Positions 39,401-48,984 of a stretch of DNA of 64,000 nucleotides are shown one piece after another. This DNA comes from a virus. Both the position numbers and the translations under genes were made by a program. Position 1 is the stretch's first letter. Every line of letters starts with the position of its first letter. The notes under the pieces are model-generated. The model did not search any database. It saw nothing but the letters and a program-made list of their open reading frames with translations, and was not told where the DNA came from. Location of the stretch: positions 25,549 to 89,548 of IMG/VR virus record IMGVR_UViG_3300032315_001572; one strand, written 5' to 3'.

Positions 39401-42400
39401 CTACCAGTATTAAACGTTTGCCCACTAAACAAAGTATCTTGTGAATTCACATATCCACTCAAGGAGTTGATCTTATTGTCTAGTATGCTTCCAGTATTAA
39501 ATACTTGACCGCTATTACTTTGGGAGTTTACGTAACCACTTAAACTATTAATCTTATTGTCTAAAGTTGAACCTGTTATAAATAAATTAATATTTGTGGC
39601 GTAAGAACTTAAATCTACTCCTGTTAATACTTGATTACCACTTATGTATATATTAGAAGAAGAATAAATTCCAGAATCTCCACCAATGATAATTTTTGCA
39701 CCAGATATAATTAATTCATTTAGATTAATTATATTTATATTTTGAAAAATGCCAGTACCAGAAACTTCAATATTATTAACAAAAGTTTTATTTCCATTTA
39801 TAATTTGATTTCCAAAAGTTAAAACTGAGACTCCGCTTAAACTATTAATTTTGTTATTTAATAAACTACCAGTATTAGCAGTTTGACCACTAAAAATATT
39901 ATCTTGTGAGTTTACATAACCACTCAAAGCATTGATCTTGTTGTCTAATATGCTACCCGTATTAAATACTTGACCACTAGTACTTAGGGAATTTACATAT
40001 CCACTTAAGGTATTTATTTTGTTATCAAGAATTGAACCAGTCAAAGCGGTTTGACCACTAAAGATTATATCTTGTGAATTTAGATAACCACTTAACGAAT
40101 TAATCTTATTGTCTAATCTAGTACCAGTATTAAATGTCTGACCGCTAAAGATAACATCTTGAGAGTTTACATAACCACTCAATGAGTTAATTTTGTTATC
40201 TAAAGTCGAGCCAGTAGCAAATAAATTAGCTGTTGTAGCATAAGCATTGAGATTAACTCCTGTTAATACTGCATTGCCAGAAATATAAAGTGTTCCACCA
40301 GATATATTAACATTTCCATTTATTAAATTTATATTTGTTCCAGAAAAATTAAATTCACTTATATTGCTTAAATCTAAAGCATTAAAAATACCAGTTCCTT
40401 GAACTTCAAGATTGTTAGCAAAAGTTTTAGTTCCACTGATTGTTTGATTTCCAGTAATATAGACTATTGTACTTGGTAATGTTCCTCCAGCTGAAATACC
40501 AGAAACATAACCGCTAAGAGCATTTATTTTGTCATCTAATCTACTTCCACTTGATGCTATTTGCCCACTTAAGATGATATCTTGACTATTAACGTATCCG
40601 CTTAATGAATTAATTTTGTTATCTAAAATTGAACCTGTGGTAAATAATTGAGCGTCGGTTGCAAATGTTGCATCTAAACTTCCAGTATATCCAGTAAACA
40701 ATCCGCTTAAGGCAACAATACTATTGTATAAACTCGATCCTGTTAAGGCTATTTGTCCACTGAAGATAATGTCTTGAGAATTAACATGTCCGCTCAATGA
40801 ATTAATCTTATTATCTAAAACTGAACCAGTAGATGCAATCTGTCCACTAAAAACAATATCTTGGGAGTTTACGTAACCGCTTAATGAATTTATCTTATTG
40901 TTTAATACTGAACCAGTGTTAGCAAGATTACTTGCAGAAGCTGACCAGCCACTAAGTGAATTTATTTTTTCATCTAATATTGACCCTGTATTGATTAAAT
41001 TGCCTGAGAGTGCAGAGAATTTGTTATTAAGATCAGCTAAATCTGTTGTTAAGTTTTGTATTTTGCTTTGTTGAATATTTGCATTAGGATTAACATCAAC
41101 ATCTACAATCGTGCTTGCAGGAGTTTGAAAAACTCCATCTATTACTTTAACAACGCCACTACCTGCAACTGATGGAAGTGTTGTATGAACATGACTTGGT
41201 CTATAAGAATCAAAATAAAAAGTAATTGTTCTATTTGGATTTGTTGTTTTTTTACCAAAAAGCTGAATATAAATTCTTTCGTAATCTTGTACGCCAGTTC
41301 GAGGCATTGTTACGTTTAAAATATATTGAGATGGCGTTGTAGTGTCATAAAGAAAAACAGCATCAGATTCACTTACGTAACGATAACTAGAATTAATTGG
41401 ATCATATATATTAACAACCGCTTTCATTTGAGTCTGAGTAGCGTTTGTGCTATTTGTATTAGCCCAAATATTAAAATCCCAAAGTCCTGCAGGAATATTT
41501 CTTACTCCAGGATCACCAGAAGCAGTTACAAAATGAGTTACTAAATGAAATTGATTTTGAGGAGTTAAATCAGGACTTGTAAAACTACCAGATCCTACCT
41601 CGTAGTTTCGTCCTAATAAACTAAGCGCAGAATATGCATTTGTTGGTAATCCTCCACTTGGAGCAACATTATGATTTACAAAATTAAAATAATAAAATAA
41701 TCCGCCACCACCTCCACCTCCACCTGCATTAGTTCCAGGAATCCAAGTTTCTCCGTTATAAATTAATGTTTGACCAGCACTTGGTGATATTATACTTAAT
41801 GGATATCCTTGAAGTTTATTTATTGTTGCAGAAAGTAAATCTCCAGTTAAATCTCCTCCAATTATACCTTGGCCGCTAGATAAAATTCCATCTCCATTTA
41901 TTGTTGGAGTTTTGTAGAAATTTTTAGTTCCATCTATATTTTGATTACCAGTTGTATAGACTACGTCAGCTAACAGAATATCAGCTTGTCCACTAAGAAG
42001 TACTGGAGTACCATTTACAGTTGGCGTATTAGTAAATTGACCATTAAATTTTGTAACATAATTTCCAGTTAAACTTCCACTTAAACTTCCGCTTAAGCTA
42101 TTAATTTTATTATCTAGTATTGATCCTGTATTAAATAAATTAATAGTTGTAGCGTAAGAATTTAAATCAACACCTGTTATTAATCTATTGCCACTTACAA
42201 CTGGTGCAACATCAAAAGTTTTATTTCCAGAAATAGTTTGATCGCCCGTGATATAAACTAAAGTATTTGGTAAAGCTACAGATCCTGTTTCACCAATTAA
42301 AAGAACCCCACTTCCATTTACGGTTGGTCTAGAGTAAAAATTCTTAACTCCAGAGATATCTTGATTTCCAGTAGTGAATACAACGTTATTTTGAGAAGAA

Positions 42401-42669
42401 GTTCCAGCTGTTCCTGATGCTGTTCCTGATGTTAAATTAATCCATGTATTAGGTATTTGTTGCTTGTACCATAAATTACCATTAACTAATTCTATATAAC
42501 TTGTGCCTCTTGGAGAATTATACAATAATGTTTGACCAGGGGTACTTGTATTCGCAGAATTAGGATTTCCTTCATAACCAAGCACGGTATTATCTGGCAT
42601 TGTCGTGCCAGAATTAAAGAGTATAACTCTTCTCTGCATTTCAAACTGTAATTGGTCTGTGGTTGGCAT
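36493..42669 (-). CDS. Long fibre protein (2058 aa)
   Basis: Many NTGSxLDNKINSLSGYVNSQD and VYTTGNQTISGxKTF...PTVNGTGVLLSG repeats; C-terminal TIDG..NINLYKNESL. Confidence 0.8.
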   Translation of the reverse strand: MPTTDQLQFEMQRRVILFNSGTTMPDNTVLGYEGNPNSANTSTPGQTLLYNSPRGTSYIELVNGNLWYKQQIPNTWINLTSGTASGTAGTSSQNNVVFTTGNQDISGVKNFYSRPTVNGSGVLLIGETGSVALPNTLVYITGDQTISGNKTFDVAPVVSGNRLITGVDLNSYATTINLFNTGSILDNKINSLSGSLSGSLTGNYVTKFNGQFTNTPTVNGTPVLLSGQADILLADVVYTTGNQNIDGTKNFYKTPTINGDGILSSGQGIIGGDLTGDLLSATINKLQGYPLSIISPSAGQTLIYNGETWIPGTNAGGGGGGGGLFYYFNFVNHNVAPSGGLPTNAYSALSLLGRNYEVGSGSFTSPDLTPQNQFHLVTHFVTASGDPGVRNIPAGLWDFNIWANTNSTNATQTQMKAVVNIYDPINSSYRYVSESDAVFLYDTTTPSQYILNVTMPRTGVQDYERIYIQLFGKKTTNPNRTITFYFDSYRPSHVHTTLPSVAGSGVVKVIDGVFQTPASTIVDVDVNPNANIQQSKIQNLTTDLADLNNKFSALSGNLINTGSILDEKINSLSGWSASASNLANTGSVLNNKINSLSGYVNSQDIVFSGQIASTGSVLDNKINSLSGHVNSQDIIFSGQIALTGSSLYNSIVALSGLFTGYTGSLDATFATDAQLFTTGSILDNKINSLSGYVNSQDIILSGQIASSGSRLDDKINALSGYVSGISAGGTLPSTIVYITGNQTISGTKTFANNLEVQGTGIFNALDLSNISEFNFSGTNINLINGNVNISGGTLYISGNAVLTGVNLNAYATTANLFATGSTLDNKINSLSGYVNSQDVIFSGQTFNTGTRLDNKINSLSGYLNSQDIIFSGQTALTGSILDNKINTLSGYVNSLSTSGQVFNTGSILDNKINALSGYVNSQDNIFSGQTANTGSLLNNKINSLSGVSVLTFGNQIINGNKTFVNNIEVSGTGIFQNINIINLNELIISGAKIIIGGDSGIYSSSNIYISGNQVLTGVDLSSYATNINLFITGSTLDNKINSLSGYVNSQSNSGQVFNTGSILDNKINSLSGYVNSQDTLFSGQTFNTGSRLDNKINSLSGYVNSQDNLFSGQNFNTGSRLDNKINALSGYVNFQDIVFSGQTFNTGSRLDNKINSLSGYVDSKSIVLPTTIVYTTGNQTISGNKNFVENVIVGDQTQDNLLVISGNKIIFGVYPTVNDTGIVYDQGNQIISGVKTFDVFPVISGNKLITGLDLSSYATNANLFATGSTLDNKINSLSGYVNSQSTSGQVFNTGSILNNKINSLSGYVNSQDIVFSGQTFNTGRRLDNKINSLSGYFDSKSITLPTTIVYTTGDQIISGNKTFINNINVSGTGIFNAVDLNNIDTLSLSGVDISITNGNVSLTNRPTVNGTGVVLSGELNPIIVNTGSILDNKINALSGYTNSQNIILSGQIASSGSNLYNSIVALSGLFTGYTGSLNATFATDAQLFTTGSILDNKINALSGYISGISAGGLLPNSIVYITGNQTISGNKNFAENVTVGDQTQDNLLVISGNQITFGVRPTVNGTGVLLSGEVSAVILPNTIVYTTGDQLISGNKTFLNNIAVSGTGSFNNVKVSNIDKLFLSGIDILITGNSSINVYNSIYISGNQVLTGSAQLGSYATIANLFATGSTLDNKINTLSGYVNSQDIVFSGQTFNTGSRLDTKINALSGYVDSKSITLPTTIVYTTGNQTISGNKNFAENVIVGDQTQDNILVISGNTISFGVYPTVNGTGIVYDQGNQTISGIKTFDLFPVVSGNRLITGVNLNPYATNANLFTTGSVLDNKINSLSGYVNSQSASGQIFNTGSRLDNKINSLSGYVNTQDIIFSGQTFNTGSRLDGKINSLSGYVNAQDIVFSGQTFNTGSRLDNKINALSGYVSGISAGGTLPSSIVYITGNQTISGIKTFANTGSFDTLQITNKKLSSYNYVNSNFIFGNTYINIANSSNNIIGTLPSGITSGINYYVKNLNTGILLITGSGQRTIDGFSNINLYKNESLQLLGVNNIGYTGWISLSVSAGVS

Positions 42670-42670
42670 A

Positions 42671-44572
42671 TTATACAGTTTCCTCTACTGTTACGTTAGT
42701 AGCTTGAGAACTTGATTGAGTTGCAGCTGTGTCAAGTATTCTAACTATAGTAGGATTTACACTTAAAGAATTTATACTCCAAGAATCTGGATCAGGTGTT
42801 GCTGTTGTTCCAACTGCTCTTTTATTTGGTAAACTTTTAATAACCCATGATAGTGTCATTTTACTATAATCAAGAACAGATGTATTTATATTTACTTCGT
42901 TAGCAAAAGCGGCCAAAGAAACTGTTCTTGATAAGAATCCACCAATGACATATGTTGGTCCAGTTGTTATAGTCGTAACATCTTTGCCAGCTAAATTAGT
43001 AGCAAATATAGCACCCCAAGTATAAGGTCCTTTTATTAAATTATCATTAATATTACTCAATGTAGCTGTCCATGTCGTACCGCTTCCTCCAAATGAACCA
43101 AGAGTACCTCCACCAGTAGGAGCAATTAATGTTGGAGCCGAAAGTAATTGCTGACTTGCTGTAATTGTAACAGTGTAACTTTGAGCGCTTGTGCCATCGT
43201 TTCCTCCAGTTCTTAATCTTGCGGCTGGCACAGAAACTGTAAGAGTCGGAGCAGTGTGCGCTATTCTTACGACTGTACTTGAATTTGTTGTTACAGCGTT
43301 ATTGGCATTTCTTGTTGCAGTTATTCTAAAATTATTAGTGCTTATATTATAATTTCCACCAGCTCTTGTTACTGTTTTAGGTGTTTCGTAAGTTGAAGAA
43401 TTTGTTATAGTCAAATCGCCATTTGGACTTGTATATGAAATTATATCAAAACTAGTTACAGTATTTGATACCGTAGCTTGTTCGCTATCTTTTAACGCTT
43501 GTTGTGAACCTGGATAAGTTATAGTGCTAACAGAAACTGAAGGATAAAGATTATTTAATTTTACTGTATATTGTCCATCTGTGCTTCCTTGACTTGTTGT
43601 TAAGAACCAAGCAGAATAAGAACCATTAGCTTTTTGAACTCTAACTCTTGCACCCAAAGCTTGCACGCTAGTTCCTCTATCAGCAATTATTCTACTAGTT
43701 AGATTATGTGAAGTGCCAGCTGTTACAGAAGTTGTGCTAGCATTAAATGCACCAAAATTATCAATTTCTATTGATACAATTGGTACGTCGGTATCAACAT
43801 GAAAATTGAAAGTGTCACCAGCTTTTAATTCTGTTTGATTTCCACCTGCTGGAATTGAAGGATATCCACCATAAAAATATGCACCAAGCACTTGAGGAGC
43901 AACATCTTGTGTTATTGAAATGCCATAATTTGCTCCATCTTCGTGATCAACTCTAAGTGAAGTTGCATTATTTAAATTAACACCAAAATTATTTACTAAA
44001 AATAATGGTCTATCAGTTTGTCTTAATACTAAAGAAGAAGGTATCTCTTGTCCTGCTATATATAATTTAGGTCTAAATCTAGTTCTGCCTTGAAGAGCAT
44101 AAATATCAACAAGTATATTTTGAGTTGTAGTAGAACAAGAAATTAATGCTGTATTACCGACTCCATCTGCTATATTTTCGTACACATAATCTCCTACGTT
44201 GCCTATTCCTCCACTTGGACTAACGTATGTTATAAAAATTGAACCACCTGCGCCACTAGCTTCAGTAGGTGGTATTGGACTTCCAGCTAATAAAACTCCT
44301 GTTCCATTAACAGTTGGTATAGTACTAAAATTTTTTAATCCATCTATATTTTGATTGCCCGTGGTATAAACGATTGTGTTTGGTAAAGTTACATTTGAAG
44401 CTTCGCCAATTAAAAGAACGCCAGTTCCATTTACTGTTGGGCGAGTATAAAAATTTTTGGCTCCAGATATATTTTGATCGCCAGTATTGTAAACTAAATT
44501 TGGCGCAGAAACTTCATAGGCAAACTTTCCAGTATTGGCTACTAATGTTTTAGCTTTAAAAATCTGTGCCAT
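42671..44572 (-). CDS. Virion fibre-associated protein with N-terminal fibre repeats and beta-sandwich-like domains
   Basis: VYNTGDQNISGAKNF repeats followed by a Thr/Ser/Val-rich region. Confidence 0.65.
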   Translation of the reverse strand: MAQIFKAKTLVANTGKFAYEVSAPNLVYNTGDQNISGAKNFYTRPTVNGTGVLLIGEASNVTLPNTIVYTTGNQNIDGLKNFSTIPTVNGTGVLLAGSPIPPTEASGAGGSIFITYVSPSGGIGNVGDYVYENIADGVGNTALISCSTTTQNILVDIYALQGRTRFRPKLYIAGQEIPSSLVLRQTDRPLFLVNNFGVNLNNATSLRVDHEDGANYGISITQDVAPQVLGAYFYGGYPSIPAGGNQTELKAGDTFNFHVDTDVPIVSIEIDNFGAFNASTTSVTAGTSHNLTSRIIADRGTSVQALGARVRVQKANGSYSAWFLTTSQGSTDGQYTVKLNNLYPSVSVSTITYPGSQQALKDSEQATVSNTVTSFDIISYTSPNGDLTITNSSTYETPKTVTRAGGNYNISTNNFRITATRNANNAVTTNSSTVVRIAHTAPTLTVSVPAARLRTGGNDGTSAQSYTVTITASQQLLSAPTLIAPTGGGTLGSFGGSGTTWTATLSNINDNLIKGPYTWGAIFATNLAGKDVTTITTGPTYVIGGFLSRTVSLAAFANEVNINTSVLDYSKMTLSWVIKSLPNKRAVGTTATPDPDSWSINSLSVNPTIVRILDTAATQSSSQATNVTVEETV

Positions 44573-44590
44573 TTTTCTTTTTATTCCTTT

Positions 44591-44630
44591 TGTTGGTTTT
44601 TAGGCCAAACTGTCGCTTTTTAGAGCGAAC
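44591..44630. promoter_or_regulatory. Tandem 20-nt hairpin element in the fibre-operon leader
   Basis: GTTCGCTCTAAAAAGCGACA / GTTTGGCCTAAAAACCAACA (- strand), with two compensatory pair changes. Confidence 0.65.
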
Positions 44631-44671
44631 TAAAGAGTAAAAGAATTATTAATTCTATTATTCTAGTGAAT

Positions 44672-44678
44672 ATTACAC
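44672..44678 (-). promoter_or_regulatory. GTGTAAT motif with a 99-nt leader to ATG 44572
   Basis: Recurrent motif; overlaps the inverted repeat CTAGTG-N7-CACTAG. Confidence 0.7.
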
Positions 44679-44682
44679 TAGT

Positions 44683-45504
44683 TTAATTTTGTGTGGAAGC
44701 AAAAGTATGAATTTTTGCGCCAGCTTCTAAAACATTATCAGAAAGTAATCCTGTATATCCTACTTCACTAATACTTCTGATACTAAGATTATACATTACA
44801 TCTCCTGGTACTTCTAATGTTGCTTGAACTTTTGGAGGAGTTGCGAATGGAACTGGATAAATAATTGCGTAAGCATCAAGATTTGTTGGGTTGAGTTCTT
44901 TAAAAAATACTTGTTGACTTGATTTTGTAACATAGGTTGCATTTGCATAGCCACTTAAGCTATCTATTTTATTATCTAAAATGCTACCAGTATTTACAAT
45001 TCGTTCGCTTAATAAAGAGTCTTGAGTATTAACATAACCACTTAATGAATCAATTTTATTATCTAAAAGACTGCCAGTAGCTGCAAGTTGACCACTTATA
45101 GCTATAATATTTGCTGAACTTGAACCACTAAATGTACTAAATAAATTATATAGATTACTACCAGTTAGTGCTAAATTGCTAGAAATTTCATTTGATAGAG
45201 CTTGAAAATATCCACTATTGCCTACTACTTTAATTTCACCAAGAGAAGAATTTACATCTATAGTAATTCCATCTCCACCTGTTATATAAATATTACCTGA
45301 TAAATTATTTACGCTATTTACGTCAGCATTAGCTACATCAATTAAAGTTTTTAAATAACCACTAATTCCAGTAAGTTCGCTATAGTAAGCTAAACCACTA
45401 TTTCCGAACCCAAGTCTTAGTGTTGAGCTATTGTCCCAAGCTGCACTTTGAATTGGAGTTAAATTATATCCACTAAGTCTAATATGTTTGAATGCGCTAA
45501 TCAT
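44683..45504 (-). CDS. Short fibre-like structural protein
   Basis: TGSxLDNKIDSLSGY repeats; C-terminal YPVPFATPPKVQAT fibre-tip-like domain. Confidence 0.65.
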   Translation of the reverse strand: MISAFKHIRLSGYNLTPIQSAAWDNSSTLRLGFGNSGLAYYSELTGISGYLKTLIDVANADVNSVNNLSGNIYITGGDGITIDVNSSLGEIKVVGNSGYFQALSNEISSNLALTGSNLYNLFSTFSGSSSANIIAISGQLAATGSLLDNKIDSLSGYVNTQDSLLSERIVNTGSILDNKIDSLSGYANATYVTKSSQQVFFKELNPTNLDAYAIIYPVPFATPPKVQATLEVPGDVMYNLSIRSISEVGYTGLLSDNVLEAGAKIHTFASTQN

Positions 45505-45527
45505 AAATATTTGTTTCCTTTCATATT

Positions 45528-45534
45528 ATTACAC
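45528..45534 (-). promoter_or_regulatory. GTGTAAT motif 23 nt before ATG 45504
   Basis: Recurrent motif; AAGGA SD in the leader. Confidence 0.65.
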
Positions 45535-45541
45535 ATATTTT

Positions 45542-46081
45542 CTACTTTTTAACTTGAATATTTAAAAAATATCCATTATTTAGTAAATTGTCGCTAAAAT
45601 TTATATAAAATCCAGCGTTAGTTATTGAACCAATGTTAAAATAATAAGCCATATCATCTATTGCGTTTTGAAATGTGCAAACTACTGATCTTGGAGTAGT
45701 ATTTAGTGGTTCTGGATATTGAATATAGTAGTTATCTGTTCCAGCTGTAAGATTAGCTTTGTAACCAACTATATTTTCACTTTCAAAATATCCACTTAAT
45801 GGAGAAGCGTCAATTTTTATTGATTTATAAGGATTTAAATCTGTATTTGTTAGTATTGAAATTCCAGTGCCAGCAACAAATCTTAAAGTTTCTATTCCAG
45901 TAGGAATTAAATCTGCTTGTCCACTTACATTTATTATTTTAAAAACATTATCAACTCCAGGTTGTCCTGGAGGTCCTTGAGGACCAGGAATATATACGTT
46001 AGCATTCGTAGGAAAACTCGGAGAAGTTACATCCGTTGTGATCGCATTTGGCAAAATTACGTCTACGATTATATCTGCCAT
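45542..46081 (-). CDS. Structural protein with a short collagen-like stretch
   Basis: GPQGPPGQPG; C-terminal domain similar to that of 44683-45504. Confidence 0.65.
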   Translation of the reverse strand: MADIIVDVILPNAITTDVTSPSFPTNANVYIPGPQGPPGQPGVDNVFKIINVSGQADLIPTGIETLRFVAGTGISILTNTDLNPYKSIKIDASPLSGYFESENIVGYKANLTAGTDNYYIQYPEPLNTTPRSVVCTFQNAIDDMAYYFNIGSITNAGFYINFSDNLLNNGYFLNIQVKK

Positions 46082-46085
46082 AAAA

Positions 46086-46460
46086 TTAAAAAGATGTTAC
46101 TTCTGGGCTTACAACAAATTTTCCTCTAATTAGTTTTATAGAATTACCAGTTGGTATTCCATAAGGAAATCTTTCTATATCATAAACAAAAACTCCAGCT
46201 GGAATAGATGCCATTGTATAAGAATCAATATTTATATTTACAATTCCAGATTGATAAGATGATCCGTTATTTCCAGATACAATAAATGGATTTAAATTTA
46301 ATAAAATTTGTTGATCTCCTGTATATCCATAAGCATATCTTACAACCCCTCTAACATCATATCCACTTAAATTTATTGGAACATTATATGTATCTCTTAC
46401 TCTTAAAGAAAGTTGTATATTGTCGCCTTGTATAGTTTCTATATTATATGAAGTAGCCAT
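46086..46460 (-). CDS. Fibre-attachment-like structural protein (BppU-N-like)
   Basis: IQGD...PINLSGY...VYDIE...LIRGKFVVSPEVT; start corrected to MATSY. Confidence 0.65.
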   Translation of the reverse strand: MATSYNIETIQGDNIQLSLRVRDTYNVPINLSGYDVRGVVRYAYGYTGDQQILLNLNPFIVSGNNGSSYQSGIVNINIDSYTMASIPAGVFVYDIERFPYGIPTGNSIKLIRGKFVVSPEVTSF

Positions 46461-46467
46461 ATAATAT

Positions 46468-46474
46468 ATTACAC
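46468..46474 (-). promoter_or_regulatory. GTGTAAT motif 7 nt before ATG 46460
   Basis: Recurrent motif. Confidence 0.7.
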
Positions 46475-46497
46475 GAAACAACAAAATAGTTTCTTAA

Positions 46498-48933
46498 TTA
46501 ATAAAAATAAGGAACATAAACTCTACCTAAATTTTCTAGATTAGTTAAAACTACGCCAACCCTTGTTCCCATGCTTAAGTTCATTCCAGTTGAACCAATT
46601 AAACCAACTGGCGAAGATAAGTCTTCTGCGATATAAGACCCAGAAGAGCCTTTGAAACCTGTCACCAACCATCCAGTTTGAGGAGTTTGTGATGATGTAT
46701 AATTATTATTTATATAATAAACACCACTAGAAAAATTGTCTACTATTAACCATCTTGGTTCAAATTGAGGATTGTTATGATTTCCATAAATAACACTAAT
46801 TTCTTGAGAAGGATAAGATTTGGTTAAAGTATTAAAATTATCTGTAGGATTAGATAATGAAGCTCTTAATTTACTCCTATAAAATACTCCAGTAAATTCA
46901 GTAACATAATTTAACTGTGGAGCAGGATTTCCACCAGATAAACCATTTATACCAAAACCTGTCCAACCTACTAATGGAGGAGGATTGTTAAAATTTACAT
47001 CTGTTCCATTTTTATAAAAAACACCCTGTCCAATATTTCTGCCTATAATCCAATTTCCATTATAAGGAGCCACAGCATATGAAAATCCTAAAATTGCATC
47101 TTGATTTGATGATTCATAAAAAGATGATCCAAATAAACTAATATTTCCAGAATAATGAAATATTGGTTTTTTAATAAAAAAATTATTTATAAAATTATAT
47201 TGCGTACCATCATAATTTATTCCTGTAAATGTAGCGTAATATCTTTCTCCTCGTCCAGAATAACCAAATGTTTGAAGTTCAATTTCATCTGCAAGAAAAT
47301 TATATTGTGGATCTTGAAAAATAGTTGTATTTAAAGTTCCGCTATTAGGTACACCATTAGAAGTATTAAGATAATTATTTAAATCTGAACTTACTGTAAT
47401 ATTATCATTATTAAACTTCATTCTGCTTGGTGAATTTATTCTTACTTCACCTGGAGAAACTTCAATATTTGAATTAACAGAAGCAATATTAATTGCCGAA
47501 GTTTTGAAATCTCCTGTAAATTCATATGATATACCAATAAGTATAGAATTATAATCCCCACTTCTTATAACATTATTATTACCAAAAGCGTAATTTTGAA
47601 AACCAGAAACAGAATTATTTGCTCCAAATGCGTATGAATTATTATTTTTTTCTAAGTAATTACTTGATCCAAATACATAAGAATTTGAATTATTTAATAC
47701 TTCATTACCGTCCCCAACGATATAAGAAAATTGATTTAAAGTTGTTTTATTATTGTTTCCAATGAGAAAATTATTATTACCACCACTTCCAGGTATATTT
47801 TCATATCCTCCAAGCGTAAGATAGCCTGTAACTCCAGTAAAAAGTGTTGGTCCTGCTCCAGTAATTCCAGTCAATTCTACTACATATAATAAATTTATTA
47901 TTTCTGGATCTAAAGTATTATTAGATCCAAATATTGAACTGTTGTTTGTTCCGCTTAAATTGTTATAATTTCCAAAGACAGCTGCATTAACATCGTTTGA
48001 ATTTGTTGAATTATTATCTCCGTATATATTATTTAAAAATCCATTTATAGTATTGTTCTCTCCAAATATATAATTTCCAGTTCCTTGGCTATCATTCAGA
48101 GAACCGAAAATAACGGTTTGTTCATCATCAAAATTTGTGTTATCATTTCCAATATTTATATTTTGATAAGAAGATTCATAAGTATTATTATTTCCAAAAT
48201 TTAATGCAAAATTTGAATTTTTAAAAGTATTAAAATCTCCAAATGAAGATATAGAATCAAAAAGATCTGCGCCAGTTATATTTCCAGATAAATAATTTGT
48301 ATTTCCTAAAATTTTATGATTTGAAGATTTTAAAGTTGTATTATTTGACCCAAGAATTAAATAGTCTTGAATCTGAGAAATTGTATTTTCTGAACCAACT
48401 AAAGTTAAATTTAATCCACTATCTAAAGTATTGAATTGTCCAAAAACTGATAATCCCTCTCCTGAATTTAAGGAATTTGAAAATCCTACATTTAAAGAAT
48501 TAAATTGACCACTACTTGTATTAATTGCGCCAAGTGTAAAACATCTTCTATTGTATGCAGCATAATTGAAACCACCTAAAGTATAATTATTTATTGAATT
48601 AATACTAAAATTAGCATATCCAAAATTATAATTTCCTACATAACCACCTGTAATTAAATCTATATCAGATATAGTATCATTATTAATTAAACCCACACCT
48701 CCACCGAATTTAGATCCTGTTATATTTCCTAAGCCAAGGTTAATTGGCATATTTTCTATTGCATTTCCAATTCTAATTGAATCAGAAAAGGAGAAACCGC
48801 TAAAAGTATAATCTCCTGAAACCCCTGTTTCTGTTAAGAAAGCAATTGTTGAAATATTCTCTGGAATCTCAATAAATTTTCCAGCAGATTTATTGTAAAC
48901 TTGAAGATATACGTTTCCAGTAGGATTGCTCAT
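46498..48933 (-). CDS. Spike/adhesin-like protein with YadA-type beta-roll repeats
   Basis: Repeated (I/F/V)GxxN units about 14 aa apart. Confidence 0.65.
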   Translation of the reverse strand: MSNPTGNVYLQVYNKSAGKFIEIPENISTIAFLTETGVSGDYTFSGFSFSDSIRIGNAIENMPINLGLGNITGSKFGGGVGLINNDTISDIDLITGGYVGNYNFGYANFSINSINNYTLGGFNYAAYNRRCFTLGAINTSSGQFNSLNVGFSNSLNSGEGLSVFGQFNTLDSGLNLTLVGSENTISQIQDYLILGSNNTTLKSSNHKILGNTNYLSGNITGADLFDSISSFGDFNTFKNSNFALNFGNNNTYESSYQNINIGNDNTNFDDEQTVIFGSLNDSQGTGNYIFGENNTINGFLNNIYGDNNSTNSNDVNAAVFGNYNNLSGTNNSSIFGSNNTLDPEIINLLYVVELTGITGAGPTLFTGVTGYLTLGGYENIPGSGGNNNFLIGNNNKTTLNQFSYIVGDGNEVLNNSNSYVFGSSNYLEKNNNSYAFGANNSVSGFQNYAFGNNNVIRSGDYNSILIGISYEFTGDFKTSAINIASVNSNIEVSPGEVRINSPSRMKFNNDNITVSSDLNNYLNTSNGVPNSGTLNTTIFQDPQYNFLADEIELQTFGYSGRGERYYATFTGINYDGTQYNFINNFFIKKPIFHYSGNISLFGSSFYESSNQDAILGFSYAVAPYNGNWIIGRNIGQGVFYKNGTDVNFNNPPPLVGWTGFGINGLSGGNPAPQLNYVTEFTGVFYRSKLRASLSNPTDNFNTLTKSYPSQEISVIYGNHNNPQFEPRWLIVDNFSSGVYYINNNYTSSQTPQTGWLVTGFKGSSGSYIAEDLSSPVGLIGSTGMNLSMGTRVGVVLTNLENLGRVYVPYFY

Positions 48934-48942
48934 TTAATAAAT

Positions 48943-48949
48943 ATTACAC
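48943..48949 (-). promoter_or_regulatory. GTGTAAT motif 9 nt before ATG 48933
   Basis: Recurrent motif. Confidence 0.7.
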
Positions 48950-48984
48950 TTTTATTTTAGTAAATAAAAGTTTTCTTATTAATA

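Noticed and set aside
45501-45524. 7-codon uORF (MKGNKYL) overlapping the start of 44683-45504
   Set aside because: Its ATG is only 3 nt from the promoter motif, probably upstream of the TSS, and the main gene has its own SD
32271-48933. Diversity-generating retroelement acting on fibre genes
   Set aside because: No reverse transcriptase in the window and no adenine-specific template/variable repeat pair seen
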